Virus record (IMG/VR): IMGVR_UViG_3300047472_000102
Span: 11,371-75,370 of that record
Strand: one strand, 5' to 3'
From: a virus
DNA length: 64,000 nucleotides
Part shown: piece after piece, positions 24,681 through 35,537 of the stretch
How positions within the stretch are numbered: position 1 is the first letter of the stretch
How the letters are laid out: the number at the start of each line of letters is the position of its first letter
Made by a program: the position numbers and the translations under genes
Notes under the pieces: model-generated
Told to the model about the DNA's origin: nothing
The model's database searches: none
What the model saw: only the letters and a program-made list of their open reading frames with translations

Positions 24681-25085
24681 ATGGGCCTTCTCGATAACCT
24701 CGCAGCAGAACGTAACCGTACTGCTAACACTTCCAGCACCACTCGTCGTACCAATACCGATACTCGTGAGCAGGCCAAGGTCTGGCTCAATGTAGGCTTT
24801 GAAGTTGACGGCAAGTTCGTCAACCTGCCTTTGGGTCTGGCTATCGATACCATGGAGCCTGTACAGGTCCGTGGTCAGAACCAGGAATGGCTGGAACTCC
24901 AGACTGCACGTAATGAATTGCTTCAGGCAATTCAGGAAGCAGGTGCTGAACTCGAACCCGGTCAGGAGCGTGAGCTTCCTCTCGTGGTTCGTATTCGTCA
25001 TGTCAATGACGCTGTACAGATCGATGCCAAGAGCAATCCGCTCAGCATGGCAAAGGCTGGCATCAGCTTCAAGAAGGAAGCTTAG
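24681..25085 (+). CDS. N4 gp2/Drc-like ssDNA-binding RNAPII coactivator
   Basis: AKVWLNVGF....KFVNLPLGLAIDTM...ARNELL..IQEAGAELEPG. Confidence 0.85.
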   Translation: MGLLDNLAAERNRTANTSSTTRRTNTDTREQAKVWLNVGFEVDGKFVNLPLGLAIDTMEPVQVRGQNQEWLELQTARNELLQAIQEAGAELEPGQERELPLVVRIRHVNDAVQIDAKSNPLSMAKAGISFKKEA

Positions 25086-25259
25086 TATCAATAATCGAGG
25101 AGAGCCAAAAGCTCTCCTCTTTTAAATTGAAATACGATAGTAAATATGGATGACTGATTCAGTCCACATTTATTATCCTATTAATCCTCGACTATAATCT
25201 AACACACCCAAAACAGGTCATTTTCAATGAGTGACACCTGTAACCTATCGAGGTCTAAA

Positions 25260-25688
25260 ATGATCGACTTATTTAGAGGAGAATATGCATTCCTAAGCAA
25301 CTTCTATCCATGCATTATTGAGATTAATGGATATAAGTTTAAAAGCTCAGAAGCAGCTTATCAGGCTGCTAAATCAGAAGACCCAATAGATTGGGCTAGA
25401 TTTCAGCATTACGATGCATCCACATCCAAGAAGCAAGGAAGAGAGCTAAAGCTCCGTCCTGACTGGGAAGAGATCAAGCTAGACGTTATGCGTCAGATTC
25501 TTGCAGTCAAATTCATAGACAATCGAGAGCTACTCATGGCACTCCTAGCCACACGTCCACATGAACTCGTAGAGGGTAATTGGTGGGGTGATAGGTTCTG
25601 GGGTGTCTGTAGTGGTCAAGGACAGAACCAATTAGGCAAGCTCCTCATGGAATTGAGAGAGCGTTTACAAGGAGACCTACCATGGTAA
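25260..25688 (+). CDS. NADAR (YbiA-like) family hydrolase
   Basis: FLSNFY...SSEAAYQAAK...KKQGR...RPDWEEIK..VM.....KF...LVEGNWWGDRFWG....GQNQLGKLLMELRE. Confidence 0.92.
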   Translation: MIDLFRGEYAFLSNFYPCIIEINGYKFKSSEAAYQAAKSEDPIDWARFQHYDASTSKKQGRELKLRPDWEEIKLDVMRQILAVKFIDNRELLMALLATRPHELVEGNWWGDRFWGVCSGQGQNQLGKLLMELRERLQGDLPW

Positions 25689-26560
25689 ATCGAATCAAAG
25701 AAATTCTCATTGGTGCACGTAATCTGATTGCTAATGCACCTGATATTGCTCGGTGTTCATTTGAAGATAAGGGGTGTTTCTGTACCCATGGTGCAATCAT
25801 TAAAACGATGCACCCAAATGTGCAGATGTTCGATAGGAACCAAGACCTCACTACATTGAATTATGGTGACAAAATGAATGATGAATCCGATGAAGCCCTT
25901 AAGGCTATTATGGCAGTAATCGGTGTAGTCGAAGTTGAAGATGTCTACGATGCTAACTATAGTGCCACCAAGGAAGATGTGCTCGCTTGGTTCAATACTG
26001 CTATCGCGAACCAAGGGGAATAAGCCATGCCTCATTGGGTATTTTACAGCTGCATCTTCTTCTATAGCTTATGGACGCTATGGGCATTAGTATCAATAAT
26101 ACAAGTTATCATTCATTTGGATGATAAGTTTCCCATGCGACATACAGAAGAAGCAAAAATAGCTTTTCTTCTTTGGCTCGCTTCGCTCGTATTTATCATA
26201 AATTACATCATCACAGGTGGATCATGATCAGATATGCAATCAAGCATATACCTACTGGTTATTACATTCCTGAACCAGAAGGCAGAGCAGGACGTGGTGG
26301 CTCACACACAGAGCCTCATCCCAATTCAAATGATGCACGTCTCTTCAAAACGGAACGCTCTGCAAAGCTATTCCTTGGCTCTTGGCTCAAAGGCAAATAC
26401 GTAGCTGATAGAGGTTATTCAGCGGGGCATCCTGGTAATGATTGGGAACAAGATTACTGGGAAGAAATACATATAGTTCCTCAACCTAATCGTAAGCGTG
26501 AGGATATGGAAATCATCAAGCTGGAAATCCTATTACCATAAATAATCAAGGAAATTAAGA

Positions 26561-27082
26561 ATGGGTAAGTGTTATGCAGGCGTAGGGAGTCGAAAGACTC
26601 CTATCGATATACAGGGCATGATGACTGGCTTTGCAGAGCTTGCAGCATCCCTTCAATGGACACTTCGCAGTGGTCATGCTGAAGGTGCTGATCAGGCATT
26701 CGAAGATGGTGTTCCTAATAAGGAACCATATAAGAAAGAAATCTACCTACCGTGGGGAGGCTTCAATGGTTCAGACAGCATATTCTCCCATCCAAGTGAC
26801 TTGGCGATTGAGATGGCCCAGAAGCTCCTCGGAGAAGCCCATTGGGAAAACCTATCGGCTGGAGGACAGAAACTCCATGCACGGAATATACATCAGGTAT
26901 TGGGTAAGACGCTCAATGATCCAGTCAAATTTCTCATTTGTTGGACACCTGATGGCAAGGACCAAGGAGGTACGGCTACCGCTCTTAGAGTAGCTAGGAT
27001 GTACCACGTGCCTGTTTTCAATATGGCTACACTCACCGAAGATGAAGAGAAGAAACTAGAGGATATTCTCTATGGACGATAA
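26561..27082 (+). CDS. SLOG-superfamily (DprA/YpsA-like) protein
   Basis: YAGVGSRKTP, LRSGHAEGADQAFE, LHARNIHQVLG, ICWTPDG..GGTATA. Confidence 0.8.
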   Translation: MGKCYAGVGSRKTPIDIQGMMTGFAELAASLQWTLRSGHAEGADQAFEDGVPNKEPYKKEIYLPWGGFNGSDSIFSHPSDLAIEMAQKLLGEAHWENLSAGGQKLHARNIHQVLGKTLNDPVKFLICWTPDGKDQGGTATALRVARMYHVPVFNMATLTEDEEKKLEDILYGR

Positions 27083-27500
27083 AGCGAAATTAGCTGAAAT
27101 AATGAAAGTCATGAATCACTTTCTAGAAGGAGGTGAAGTGGAGTTTGCAGGCAAAACTACATATAATTCTGAATGGACTAAATGTTCAAATCCAGGATGG
27201 AATTGGGTAGATTTTGACTATCGTATAGTACCCACACAACCATTGGATATTCCATGGGATATAATTAATCCTAAATGGAAATGGGTAGCTATGGATGAAG
27301 ATAAAAACATTTATCTTTATACAACCGAACCCACTAAAATGGATTATCAGTGGATTATAGTGCAGGGCGCTACATGTGATTTAAATAATTGTCTGGTTAT
27401 TAAACCTACAAATATTCCATGGGATCAATCTCTGGTAAAACGCCCAGAATCAAAGTAATAATACTCCGTTCGAACAAAACACAAATGGAGTACTTCAATA

Positions 27501-27995
27501 ATGGCTATCAAGATTTGGTATAAGGCTGCTGAGAAGCGAGCAGTAATTGCTCCTTCTGCACAAGCAGTTCCTTCTGGTTGGACTGCCTCTGCTGCTATCG
27601 ATAGTGTAGCATCAGGTGCTGAGGCCGATAATACATTTGAGAAATACGAATTTGGTCAGAACCATGTGGTTTGGCACCATGTTCGTGATTACCTCTATAG
27701 CCTGCATCAGCTGGATATGCAGGAAGTAGTTATTACGAATTATGTAACTGCTGCTTCCGTTGATGTTCAACCTACTACTCAGAGCATTGTTCATGGTAAC
27801 AAGGCCACTCTTACGGCTACAGTAAGCCCTGCAAACGCATCTGAGAAAGGTGTCACTTGGGCTAGCTCTGACGCTACCAAGGCTACTGTGGACGCTAATG
27901 GTGTCGTTACAGGCGTGGCTGCTGGTACTGCTACGATTACTGCTACGACCAAGGACGGTGTACACACCGACACCTGTGCGGTTACTGTGACGTAA
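27501..27995 (+). CDS. Capsid decoration protein (N4 gp17-like N-domain + Big_2 Ig domain)
   Basis: HVVWHHVRDYLY...MQEVVI N-domain; TLTATVSPANASEKGVTWASSDATKATVDANGVVTGVAAGTATITATT Big_2; own terminator at ~28020-28046. Confidence 0.85.
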   Translation: MAIKIWYKAAEKRAVIAPSAQAVPSGWTASAAIDSVASGAEADNTFEKYEFGQNHVVWHHVRDYLYSLHQLDMQEVVITNYVTAASVDVQPTTQSIVHGNKATLTATVSPANASEKGVTWASSDATKATVDANGVVTGVAAGTATITATTKDGVHTDTCAVTVT

Positions 27996-28884
27996 TCAAA
28001 ATACCATTTGGAACCAAGAAAGGAGAGCTATATGCTCTCCTTTTTATTATCTGGATTAATGAGGAGTGAATGAAATGTGCGATAGATGTGTCAATCTATT
28101 GGCTAATCAACCATCTGGTCATATTGACCTATTGAAGAAATATCGTGAGCGTTTGAGAACCCTAGCCAAGGAAATGGCTGAAGATTTCAATAATGAGATT
28201 TTCACTATTAATAAAGATTCTTTTGTAGCTGACACTCCAGAAGGTCAAAAGATTCTAGATGCTACTCATGAGTCTCATGCTCTCATGGTAGCACTTGCTC
28301 TTGGAACAGGATTTGTATGCCATGCAGAAAATCATATTGGAATATATGCCCAAGAGATTGATCAGCTATTTCATCATGGTGCACATCTAGGATGGGCGTA
28401 TAGTCATCTAGAAAACATACCAAAGAACAACGTCAACTAAGGGCTCCTTCGGGAGCCTTTTCATTATGGAGAATAATCATGCTGAAGAAGTTCATTCGGT
28501 GGCTCCAGAGTGGAGATACCAAGTCCGATCGTTACCGTCAGGGCTACGACGAGATGCAGAGACTAATCAACACACTGCCAGAAAAGATAGCTGTAAACAC
28601 GATGATGAAAGTCTCTCGTGATTACGCCAATCCCTATGATGCAGGGATGCTCGATTGCTGGAATGAGCATGTAGCTCGTCAGAAGCCTCAGAGAAAATCC
28701 AAATGAAGATGTCACGCACCATTACACTCAATGATGATGACATATTCAGAGCAGTTAAAAACTTTATCACCGATCATGTTGACGGAGTTAATGCCACTGA
28801 AGTCTGCAATTATCGCATTCGTTTTGAAGGCAATAATGATCAGAACAAACCAATCATCTACGTTGAACTTGAGGATAAGAGCAT

Positions 28885-29280
28885 ATGAAATTTGATTATC
28901 AAAATGCTATTTTCGTCTTTGGTTCCAACGAAGCTGGATACCATGGAGCAGGTGCAGCCAAGTTCGCACTCATGCATAAAGGTGCAATAATGCGTAAGGG
29001 AATTGGGCATCATGGACAATCATATGCCCTACCGACAAAAGACCATCAGATCAGGACTTTGCCTATCGATAAGGTCAAAGCCTATATCCACAATTTTCGA
29101 TGCTATGCAGAGATTTATCCTCATCTCCAATTCCAGGTCACATGCGTAGGCTGTGGCCTTGCAGGCTTTGAGCATCAACAGATTGCTCCTCTTTTCTTTG
29201 GTTCGCCTGATAACTGCTGGTTCGATACAGCATGGCAACCATGGCTTGGTGAAACTCATCAATATTGGGGGCACAAATGA
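28885..29280 (+). CDS. Macrodomain-like (ADP-ribose-related) protein
   Basis: IFVFGSNEAGYHGAGAA...GQSYALPTK...FQVTCVGCGLAGF. Confidence 0.75.
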   Translation: MKFDYQNAIFVFGSNEAGYHGAGAAKFALMHKGAIMRKGIGHHGQSYALPTKDHQIRTLPIDKVKAYIHNFRCYAEIYPHLQFQVTCVGCGLAGFEHQQIAPLFFGSPDNCWFDTAWQPWLGETHQYWGHK

Positions 29281-29625
29281 AAGACTACGATTCAGCCAAA
29301 TATGCAGACTTGGAAGAGTCTGCATTAAAAGCACTAACCGAAACCAAAACAGCAAAAGACCTTCAGGTCATGATGCTTGAGGAAGAACTCAACAAACCAC
29401 TATCTGGAGGTGTCCATGTTACCACAGCTAATGGATACTCTCTTGGTATTAGCTCGGATGATAGGCTTGTCTATTTTCCTTCTAATAAAAGAACAAAAGC
29501 AACCCAAGTTGACGTGGGACCAGCGACCAAGAAAAACATTTCCACGCTTATATACGCTCTTGAGAGACTACAAATTCACGCGTCAGATAATTGATGTAAC
29601 CCCTGAACCAGTGGAGGAAAAGCCC

Positions 29626-30438
29626 GTGGACCTTATGCCTATGCAAATCGAAATGGAAAAGCTTTTCCATAAGAATCAATTACATGATCGCATCCGTCGA
29701 GAGTTTACTGAGAGTAATATCAATTTCCGTGCAGCATTTGACGAAGCTAGTATTCCCCATGAGTTCGGCTATGACCTCATGGTTCAGATGGTTTTGCATA
29801 AGAGAGCAAACCTACCCACTTTAGTGGGTATCCTGCGAAAGCATTTTGGAGGGGATCTCCAGAAGACAGCAGACATGATCCTGGAAGCAGCCAAGGCTGA
29901 TGTCATGGATTGGAGTAACCCACTAGAGGTATTCATCGTCCGCTTCGATATTACCGAAGATGTCAAGGACGAAATTGATACTTACCAATATCCACTGCCT
30001 TTAATCGTTGAACCAAAGGAAGTGAGGAATAATATGGATAATGGTTATTACACCTCCAAAGGATCGGTTATTCTGCGTAATAATCACCATGAGGATGATG
30101 TCTGTCTGGACTACCTCAATCGAGCCAATAAGGTGAAGCTGAGGGTCAACTCAGACACAGTAGCATTCATCCATAACGAATGGGCCAATCTCGATAAGCC
30201 TAAGCCCGGTGAAGATCGACAAGACTTCCTGAAGCGTAAGAAGGCATTCGAGAAATATGATCGTACTGCCAAAGAGGTATTCCAGCATTTGGATACCACT
30301 GGCGGTGAATTCTATTTGACCCATAAATATGACAAGCGTGGTCGTGTCTATTGCCAAGGTTATCATACCACTTACCAAGGCAATGACTGGAACAAGGCAA
30401 CCATCGAGTTTGCTCATGGAGAGCCATTGGAGGATTAA
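29626..30438 (+). CDS. RNA polymerase II subunit 1 (N4 gp15, RNAP1)
   Basis: YQYPLPLIVEP, GYYT..GSVIL, FYLTHKYDKRGRVYCQGYH..YQG; GTG start 8 nt after GGAGG gives ~270 aa. Confidence 0.93.
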   Translation: MDLMPMQIEMEKLFHKNQLHDRIRREFTESNINFRAAFDEASIPHEFGYDLMVQMVLHKRANLPTLVGILRKHFGGDLQKTADMILEAAKADVMDWSNPLEVFIVRFDITEDVKDEIDTYQYPLPLIVEPKEVRNNMDNGYYTSKGSVILRNNHHEDDVCLDYLNRANKVKLRVNSDTVAFIHNEWANLDKPKPGEDRQDFLKRKKAFEKYDRTAKEVFQHLDTTGGEFYLTHKYDKRGRVYCQGYHTTYQGNDWNKATIEFAHGEPLED

Positions 30439-32341
30439 ATGGGATTACCAGCGACAGTATATAAAAGACCTCATGGTCAGCAAATTGAAATTACAATGAG
30501 TAATATCACTCCTGAAGATGAGGAATGGTATAGGTTAAATAATATAAAGGTAGGCTTCGAGGAAATAACACCAGAACAGTTAGTAATCTATGCTGAATAT
30601 GGTGAAACCGATGGGGAGCCAGATGAGATAAATTATCTGGTTCCCTCTGGTGAACAATGCATTATAAGCATGTCCAAAATCAGAACCAAAATAGAGGGAA
30701 TTATTAATGCCAATAAGTAACTCTATTAATAGCACCTCAAACGATAATGAGATGCATCCCCAAAAGACCCATATGCCTCATACCAAGGGTTCTTGGTTGA
30801 GGTACAACATCGAAGATGGTGAAGTAGAGTTCTGGTATGACGGAAAGCTTGAGTACGCTTTCCAAGGATCAATTACACAAGATAATCGAATCGATGGATC
30901 ATTGGTAATAGCATTTATCAACGATGCTATTGCCATTGGTAAACGTATTCGATCCAGAGAAATCAAGGATTTGCTCAATGGCTAAGTTTCAGAAAGGTGA
31001 TGTAGTTACTTGCAATTATAGTGGATACCAGATGTATGGAATTGGTTCGAAAGCTATAGTATTAGATGTGGTAATAAGTTCAAATGGTAATGAACTTATT
31101 ACTCTCAAAAATGATCTTACGGAATATGGTAGCACAGACTACCTTGCTCGTAATTTCTCACTTGTTCATCGCTCCAAAAAGAAGGAAGAACCTATGGCTA
31201 ATTACAATCAGAAGACTTTCTACTTCGCTATGCGTCGTACTGAATCAGATCAGTTGGAGTTCTTCCAATCTACTCGTACACCTCTACGTGAGCAGAAAAG
31301 TCAGGCTATCCAGGATGCTAAGCAGTCAATGCAGGAAGGGGAGGAATGGATGGTCCTTCAAGCTGTAGCCATGCTAAAGCACGAAGAGCCTAAGCCTCCT
31401 ATTATTATCACTGAATATAGGTGATAATAATGGAAAAAGAACAAACCCTTATAGGAATGGATATTATCTTACGAGCTACAGCTGAAATGAAGAATGACTT
31501 CCTTGGTTCAGCCTACGGCATACAGAGGCAAGGAGACTATCGAGACACGCTAGCCTTGCCTTATCTGAACCAAGAGCAAAAACGCTCCAGTAAGCCTGTA
31601 CGTGTCAAACCAAGCTCATCCAAACGAGAACGTATCCTAGCTCGTAGAGCCAAGGATAAAATCAATCGAAAGCGAGGACGATAATGTACCTACGTCATAT
31701 AAACGTTATTGGTGATAATGAAACTATTACCAGTGGTACTGTGGAATTTATAAATGAGGAACATTTCAATAGTTGGTGGCATAGTCTGTCATCTGCTGTT
31801 TTCAATAACGATCCTATTCGCATCAATTATACTGATGACAGAACGATCTTTATTAGACCAGATCGATTCAGCGTTCTGAGATTTCATCATTATGTAGAGC
31901 TAAGCGAAGCTGACAAACCCAAGCAAAGGAGTTGATATATGGCTGAATATCGATCAGCAGATACACGCATTGGCACTGATTGCATCGACCATGATTTGGT
32001 CTATACGGTCTTCTACATTCATGACGATGAGGGAATGAAGAAGGTTGAAACCGTTGCCAACGATCACGAAGATGCCATGAGTCAATTTATGACCAAGGGC
32101 GATGTACGTATCGTCATTAAGGGACACGTCGATGAGCCACTCTGGATCGGATAAAATCTTCAAATCATCTGTACTCATGCGTCGAATAAAGAAATTCGAA
32201 GAAGCAGCAATTGAGCTTTCATGGAAAGGCTCTCGACATCCGGATGACCATAAAGACATCGAGAAGGAATATAACAGGGCCAGAAAGGCCCTGATTTCTT
32301 ATGTGCTTGAACATATACTATGAACCAAAGAGGATGAACCT

Positions 32342-33547
32342 ATGCAAACATTCACCGCAAAGCAGTATCTCCAAATCGACATTGCAAACAATTTTGGCAA
32401 TGACAAGGAAGACTGGGATGTGCGTCTTGCTTGGTTCGAAGAGAACGAGCGTAGATTAGAATCACTAATCAAAGAGGCAGCAGAACCTGCAATGTATGAA
32501 GCAGGTGTAAGGGCATATCGATCTGCAATGAAGGGTAATGTAAATCATTACCCTATTTCTTTGGATGCAACATCCTCAGGAATTCAGATTCTCTCCTGCC
32601 TCACTGGTGATCGCAAGGGTGCCGAACTCTGCAATGTAGTAGACGTAGGTAGGCGTATGGATGCTTACACAACGATGTATCAGCAGATGGCAGAGAAGAT
32701 TGGTGAGTCCACCAAGATCGACCGTAAGGACGTTAAAAAGGCAGTTATGACTTCCTTCTATGGTTCCGAGGCTGTACCGAAGCGTGTCTTTGGAGAAGGT
32801 GCCCTATTGGCTACCTTCGAAGAAACCATGGAAGAAGGTGCACCTGGAGCATGGGAACTTAACAAGGCCATGCTCGATATCTGGGACCCAAATGCAACAA
32901 AATACTCATGGGTTATGCCTGATAATTTTCATGTACATATCAAGGTCATGACCTCTGAAACTGGCATTGTTCATTTCCTGAACAAGCCCTATGAAATCAC
33001 ATACACAATCAATGCTTCACTTGAGAAGGGACGTTCTCTTGGAGCCAATTCAACCCATTCCATTGACGGCATGATTGTTAGAGAAATGGGTCTACGTTGT
33101 AACTATGATCCAGAGCAGATTAGTAAGATTAATGCTTTGCTTGATCCCAAGCTAAGATTTCTTCCTACGGCTCCTACTTCAAAGGAAGACGAACTTGTCA
33201 AAATTCTATGGGATCATTATCTGGATTCTGGCTTTCTTAGTGCCCGCATCCTCAGCTATCTCAGCCATACGAACATCGGATTGGTTGACCGAACCGTCAT
33301 CTTCGATCTGGTCATGTCACTACCAAAGAAACCTTTCCAGATTATATCTGTGCACGACTGCTTCAGGTGTCTTCCAAACTATGGAAACGATTTGCGTAGG
33401 CAATACAATCTATTACTGGCACATATCGCAAAGTCCAATCTGCTTTCGTTCCTACTCTCTCAAATCACTGGACGACTACTTACAATAGGTAAGTTGGACC
33501 CTGATTTGTGGAAGGATGTAATCCACGCGAATTACGCGTTAAGCTAA
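32342..33547 (+). CDS. RNA polymerase II subunit 2 (N4 gp16, RNAP2)
   Basis: YLQIDIAN.FG.DK, LDATSSGIQ (motif A), RKDVKKAVMTSFYGS (motif B), SVHDCF (motif C). Confidence 0.95.
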   Translation: MQTFTAKQYLQIDIANNFGNDKEDWDVRLAWFEENERRLESLIKEAAEPAMYEAGVRAYRSAMKGNVNHYPISLDATSSGIQILSCLTGDRKGAELCNVVDVGRRMDAYTTMYQQMAEKIGESTKIDRKDVKKAVMTSFYGSEAVPKRVFGEGALLATFEETMEEGAPGAWELNKAMLDIWDPNATKYSWVMPDNFHVHIKVMTSETGIVHFLNKPYEITYTINASLEKGRSLGANSTHSIDGMIVREMGLRCNYDPEQISKINALLDPKLRFLPTAPTSKEDELVKILWDHYLDSGFLSARILSYLSHTNIGLVDRTVIFDLVMSLPKKPFQIISVHDCFRCLPNYGNDLRRQYNLLLAHIAKSNLLSFLLSQITGRLLTIGKLDPDLWKDVIHANYALS

Positions 33548-33691
33548 TAAAATAACTCCCTGAGAAATCAGGGAGTTATAAAATTTACTACCGATAGTGC
33601 TAGATATATTATATTCTTAGACTAAGCTTTGTGATAGCTCGAATTCAATAGTAATCGGGCAAATTACATCACTAATAGCAGGATCAGTGAA

Positions 33692-34189
33692 ATGTCCATA
33701 GCAAGAGAGAACGGTCCCTTGAAGTGGAATCTTAATAGTATCTTAGCAGTTAGCGGAGCATCCATTACGGTGGTAGCTCAGATAGTCACTTTTACTGTCC
33801 TGTGGACCAATAATAGTCGTGATGTACTAGACCTTAATAATAAGGTTACTGATATTAATCACAGATTAGATAGTCAGGAAAATGATCGTAAAGATCGTCT
33901 AAAAGACTATACAAAAACCCTTACAGACATGCAGGCTCAGATAGCCACCATAGTTCCAATGAGCTATAGAGTGGATCAAGCCCTTTCCCAAGCAGCAGAA
34001 AACAAAGCTGCTAATGCAGCCACTAATACTCGCATTGATAAAGTCGTTGAGTCAGTTGGAGCCAAGCTGGATAACGTACTTGATAGCGTGAACAAGCTAT
34101 CAGCGAATGTAGCAGTCATAGGCTCAAAGCTTGAAGACACCGCGAAAGCTCAGAAATCCAATTTCCAGAATGTGCCGTTTCATCCATAA
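33692..34189 (+). CDS. Membrane-anchored coiled-coil protein (possibly lysis-related)
   Basis: KWNLNSIL followed by one TM and a long heptad region; followed by a terminator at ~34211-34240. Confidence 0.55.
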   Translation: MSIARENGPLKWNLNSILAVSGASITVVAQIVTFTVLWTNNSRDVLDLNNKVTDINHRLDSQENDRKDRLKDYTKTLTDMQAQIATIVPMSYRVDQALSQAAENKAANAATNTRIDKVVESVGAKLDNVLDSVNKLSANVAVIGSKLEDTAKAQKSNFQNVPFHP

Positions 34190-34258
34190 CTTCACGTAAT
34201 ACTTTTTAGATAAGCCCACCTATATGGTGGGCTTTTTTATTGAGTATAAGGATAGATC

Positions 34259-34609
34259 ATGCTTTACGAAAACCCTGATGATATCCTGTTAAGGATACAA
34301 GCTAAAATCCACATACGAGACTTGGGATTCATTTTGAATGGTATCCCTAGCCCATGTCACATCTGGACTGGTGGAACGTCTGGAGAAGGCCGTGGAGGCG
34401 GATATGGACGTGTCTCTATCTTTGGTTCCACGACAGCAGTGCATCTATTCATTTGGAAGCGATTCAAGGGAGCCATAAGGAAAGGCTACCAGATCGACCA
34501 TATGTGCAATAATCGTCTATGCTGTAACCTATTACATCTACAAATGGTTACACATCTCAAGAACCAGAGGCTTAGAGCCAAGAGAGCAAAGGAACTTATG
34601 TATGCCTGA
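34259..34609 (+). CDS. HNH endonuclease (N4 gp22-like)
   Basis: PCHIWTG...GGGYGR...IDHMCNNRLCCNLLHLQMVTH..N. Confidence 0.88.
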   Translation: MLYENPDDILLRIQAKIHIRDLGFILNGIPSPCHIWTGGTSGEGRGGGYGRVSIFGSTTAVHLFIWKRFKGAIRKGYQIDHMCNNRLCCNLLHLQMVTHLKNQRLRAKRAKELMYA

Positions 34610-34989
34610 ACTAGATAAAAAAGCCTTGGCTTCCGCTGAGAAAGAACTCATCGATAGTTTGGCTGACTATGGTCAACTCCAAAATTTCAATGCTCATGCA
34701 CCTGGGAGAATTGCTAGAGATATTATATCTAATTATCTCAGTGCCCTACCAGAGCAGGAGCCGGTGGCTGAAATCGTATCAGCACATGGCGACCCCGAAG
34801 CATTTGGGGAACGCGAACTTATCGCCCGAGCCGATATACAGAAATTTCCGTATGGTACAAAGCTCTTCGCCTCTTCCACCGCCCTCCAACCCGACCGTCC
34901 TGATACCGAGAAGGAGGGGAACTAAACCTATACATAAAACGTATCAACGTTTAATATTGAATAGTCCCCACAATAGGAGAATACATATC

Positions 34990-35442
34990 ATGACCATGAA
35001 GACGTATAATATTACCTACAATAAGCAATCCAAGGAAACTCAAATTCTTGAAGCAGGTGTTGAAGTTGCTTCTGGTTTTGAGTCTCTTGGACAGGTAGAG
35101 CATGATGATTCGCTTACTGCACAGCAGATTTTCATTCAGGCTCGTCCTCTAATTCTTCAAGCCGATAGTACAGCAGATGCTTTCTCTGCAAAGATCGTTA
35201 CTGCCAATAATGCAGAAACGGTTGTACTTCCTATTACTCAAGGAGAGACTCCAGTTGAAGAAACGTCTGTACCTGATCCAGAACCTGTACAAGATGCACA
35301 GACTGGAGAAGCTGCTCAAACGCAGGAACCAGCAGAACCAATGGCTACAAATGATGGTACTGCATCCACAAGTGATACGGGTACTGTAGCCTCTGAACCC
35401 TTTACACCAGCTGAAAATGTAGATACTAATCAGCCTGCTTAA
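34990..35442 (+). CDS. Second gp17-N-domain-like protein with acidic Pro/Thr/Glu tail
   Basis: NITYNKQSKETQILEAG.EV.SGFESLG..EH...QIFIQAR.LI pattern parallels the N-domain of 27501..27995. Confidence 0.5.
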   Translation: MTMKTYNITYNKQSKETQILEAGVEVASGFESLGQVEHDDSLTAQQIFIQARPLILQADSTADAFSAKIVTANNAETVVLPITQGETPVEETSVPDPEPVQDAQTGEAAQTQEPAEPMATNDGTASTSDTGTVASEPFTPAENVDTNQPA

Positions 35443-35537
35443 GGGGCTGGCGGACTTAGGTCTGCGGTCATAGAACCCTCGGAGAAATCCGAGGGTTTTT
35501 TATTGGGTATAATCATCCACAAAAGGAAACCTATCTA

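Noticed and set aside
29377-29625. Apparent N-terminal extension or frameshift fusion of RNAP1
   Set aside because: It overlaps the coupled 29277..29594 gene, and a GTG at 29626 with a well-spaced GGAGG gives a normal-length RNAP1
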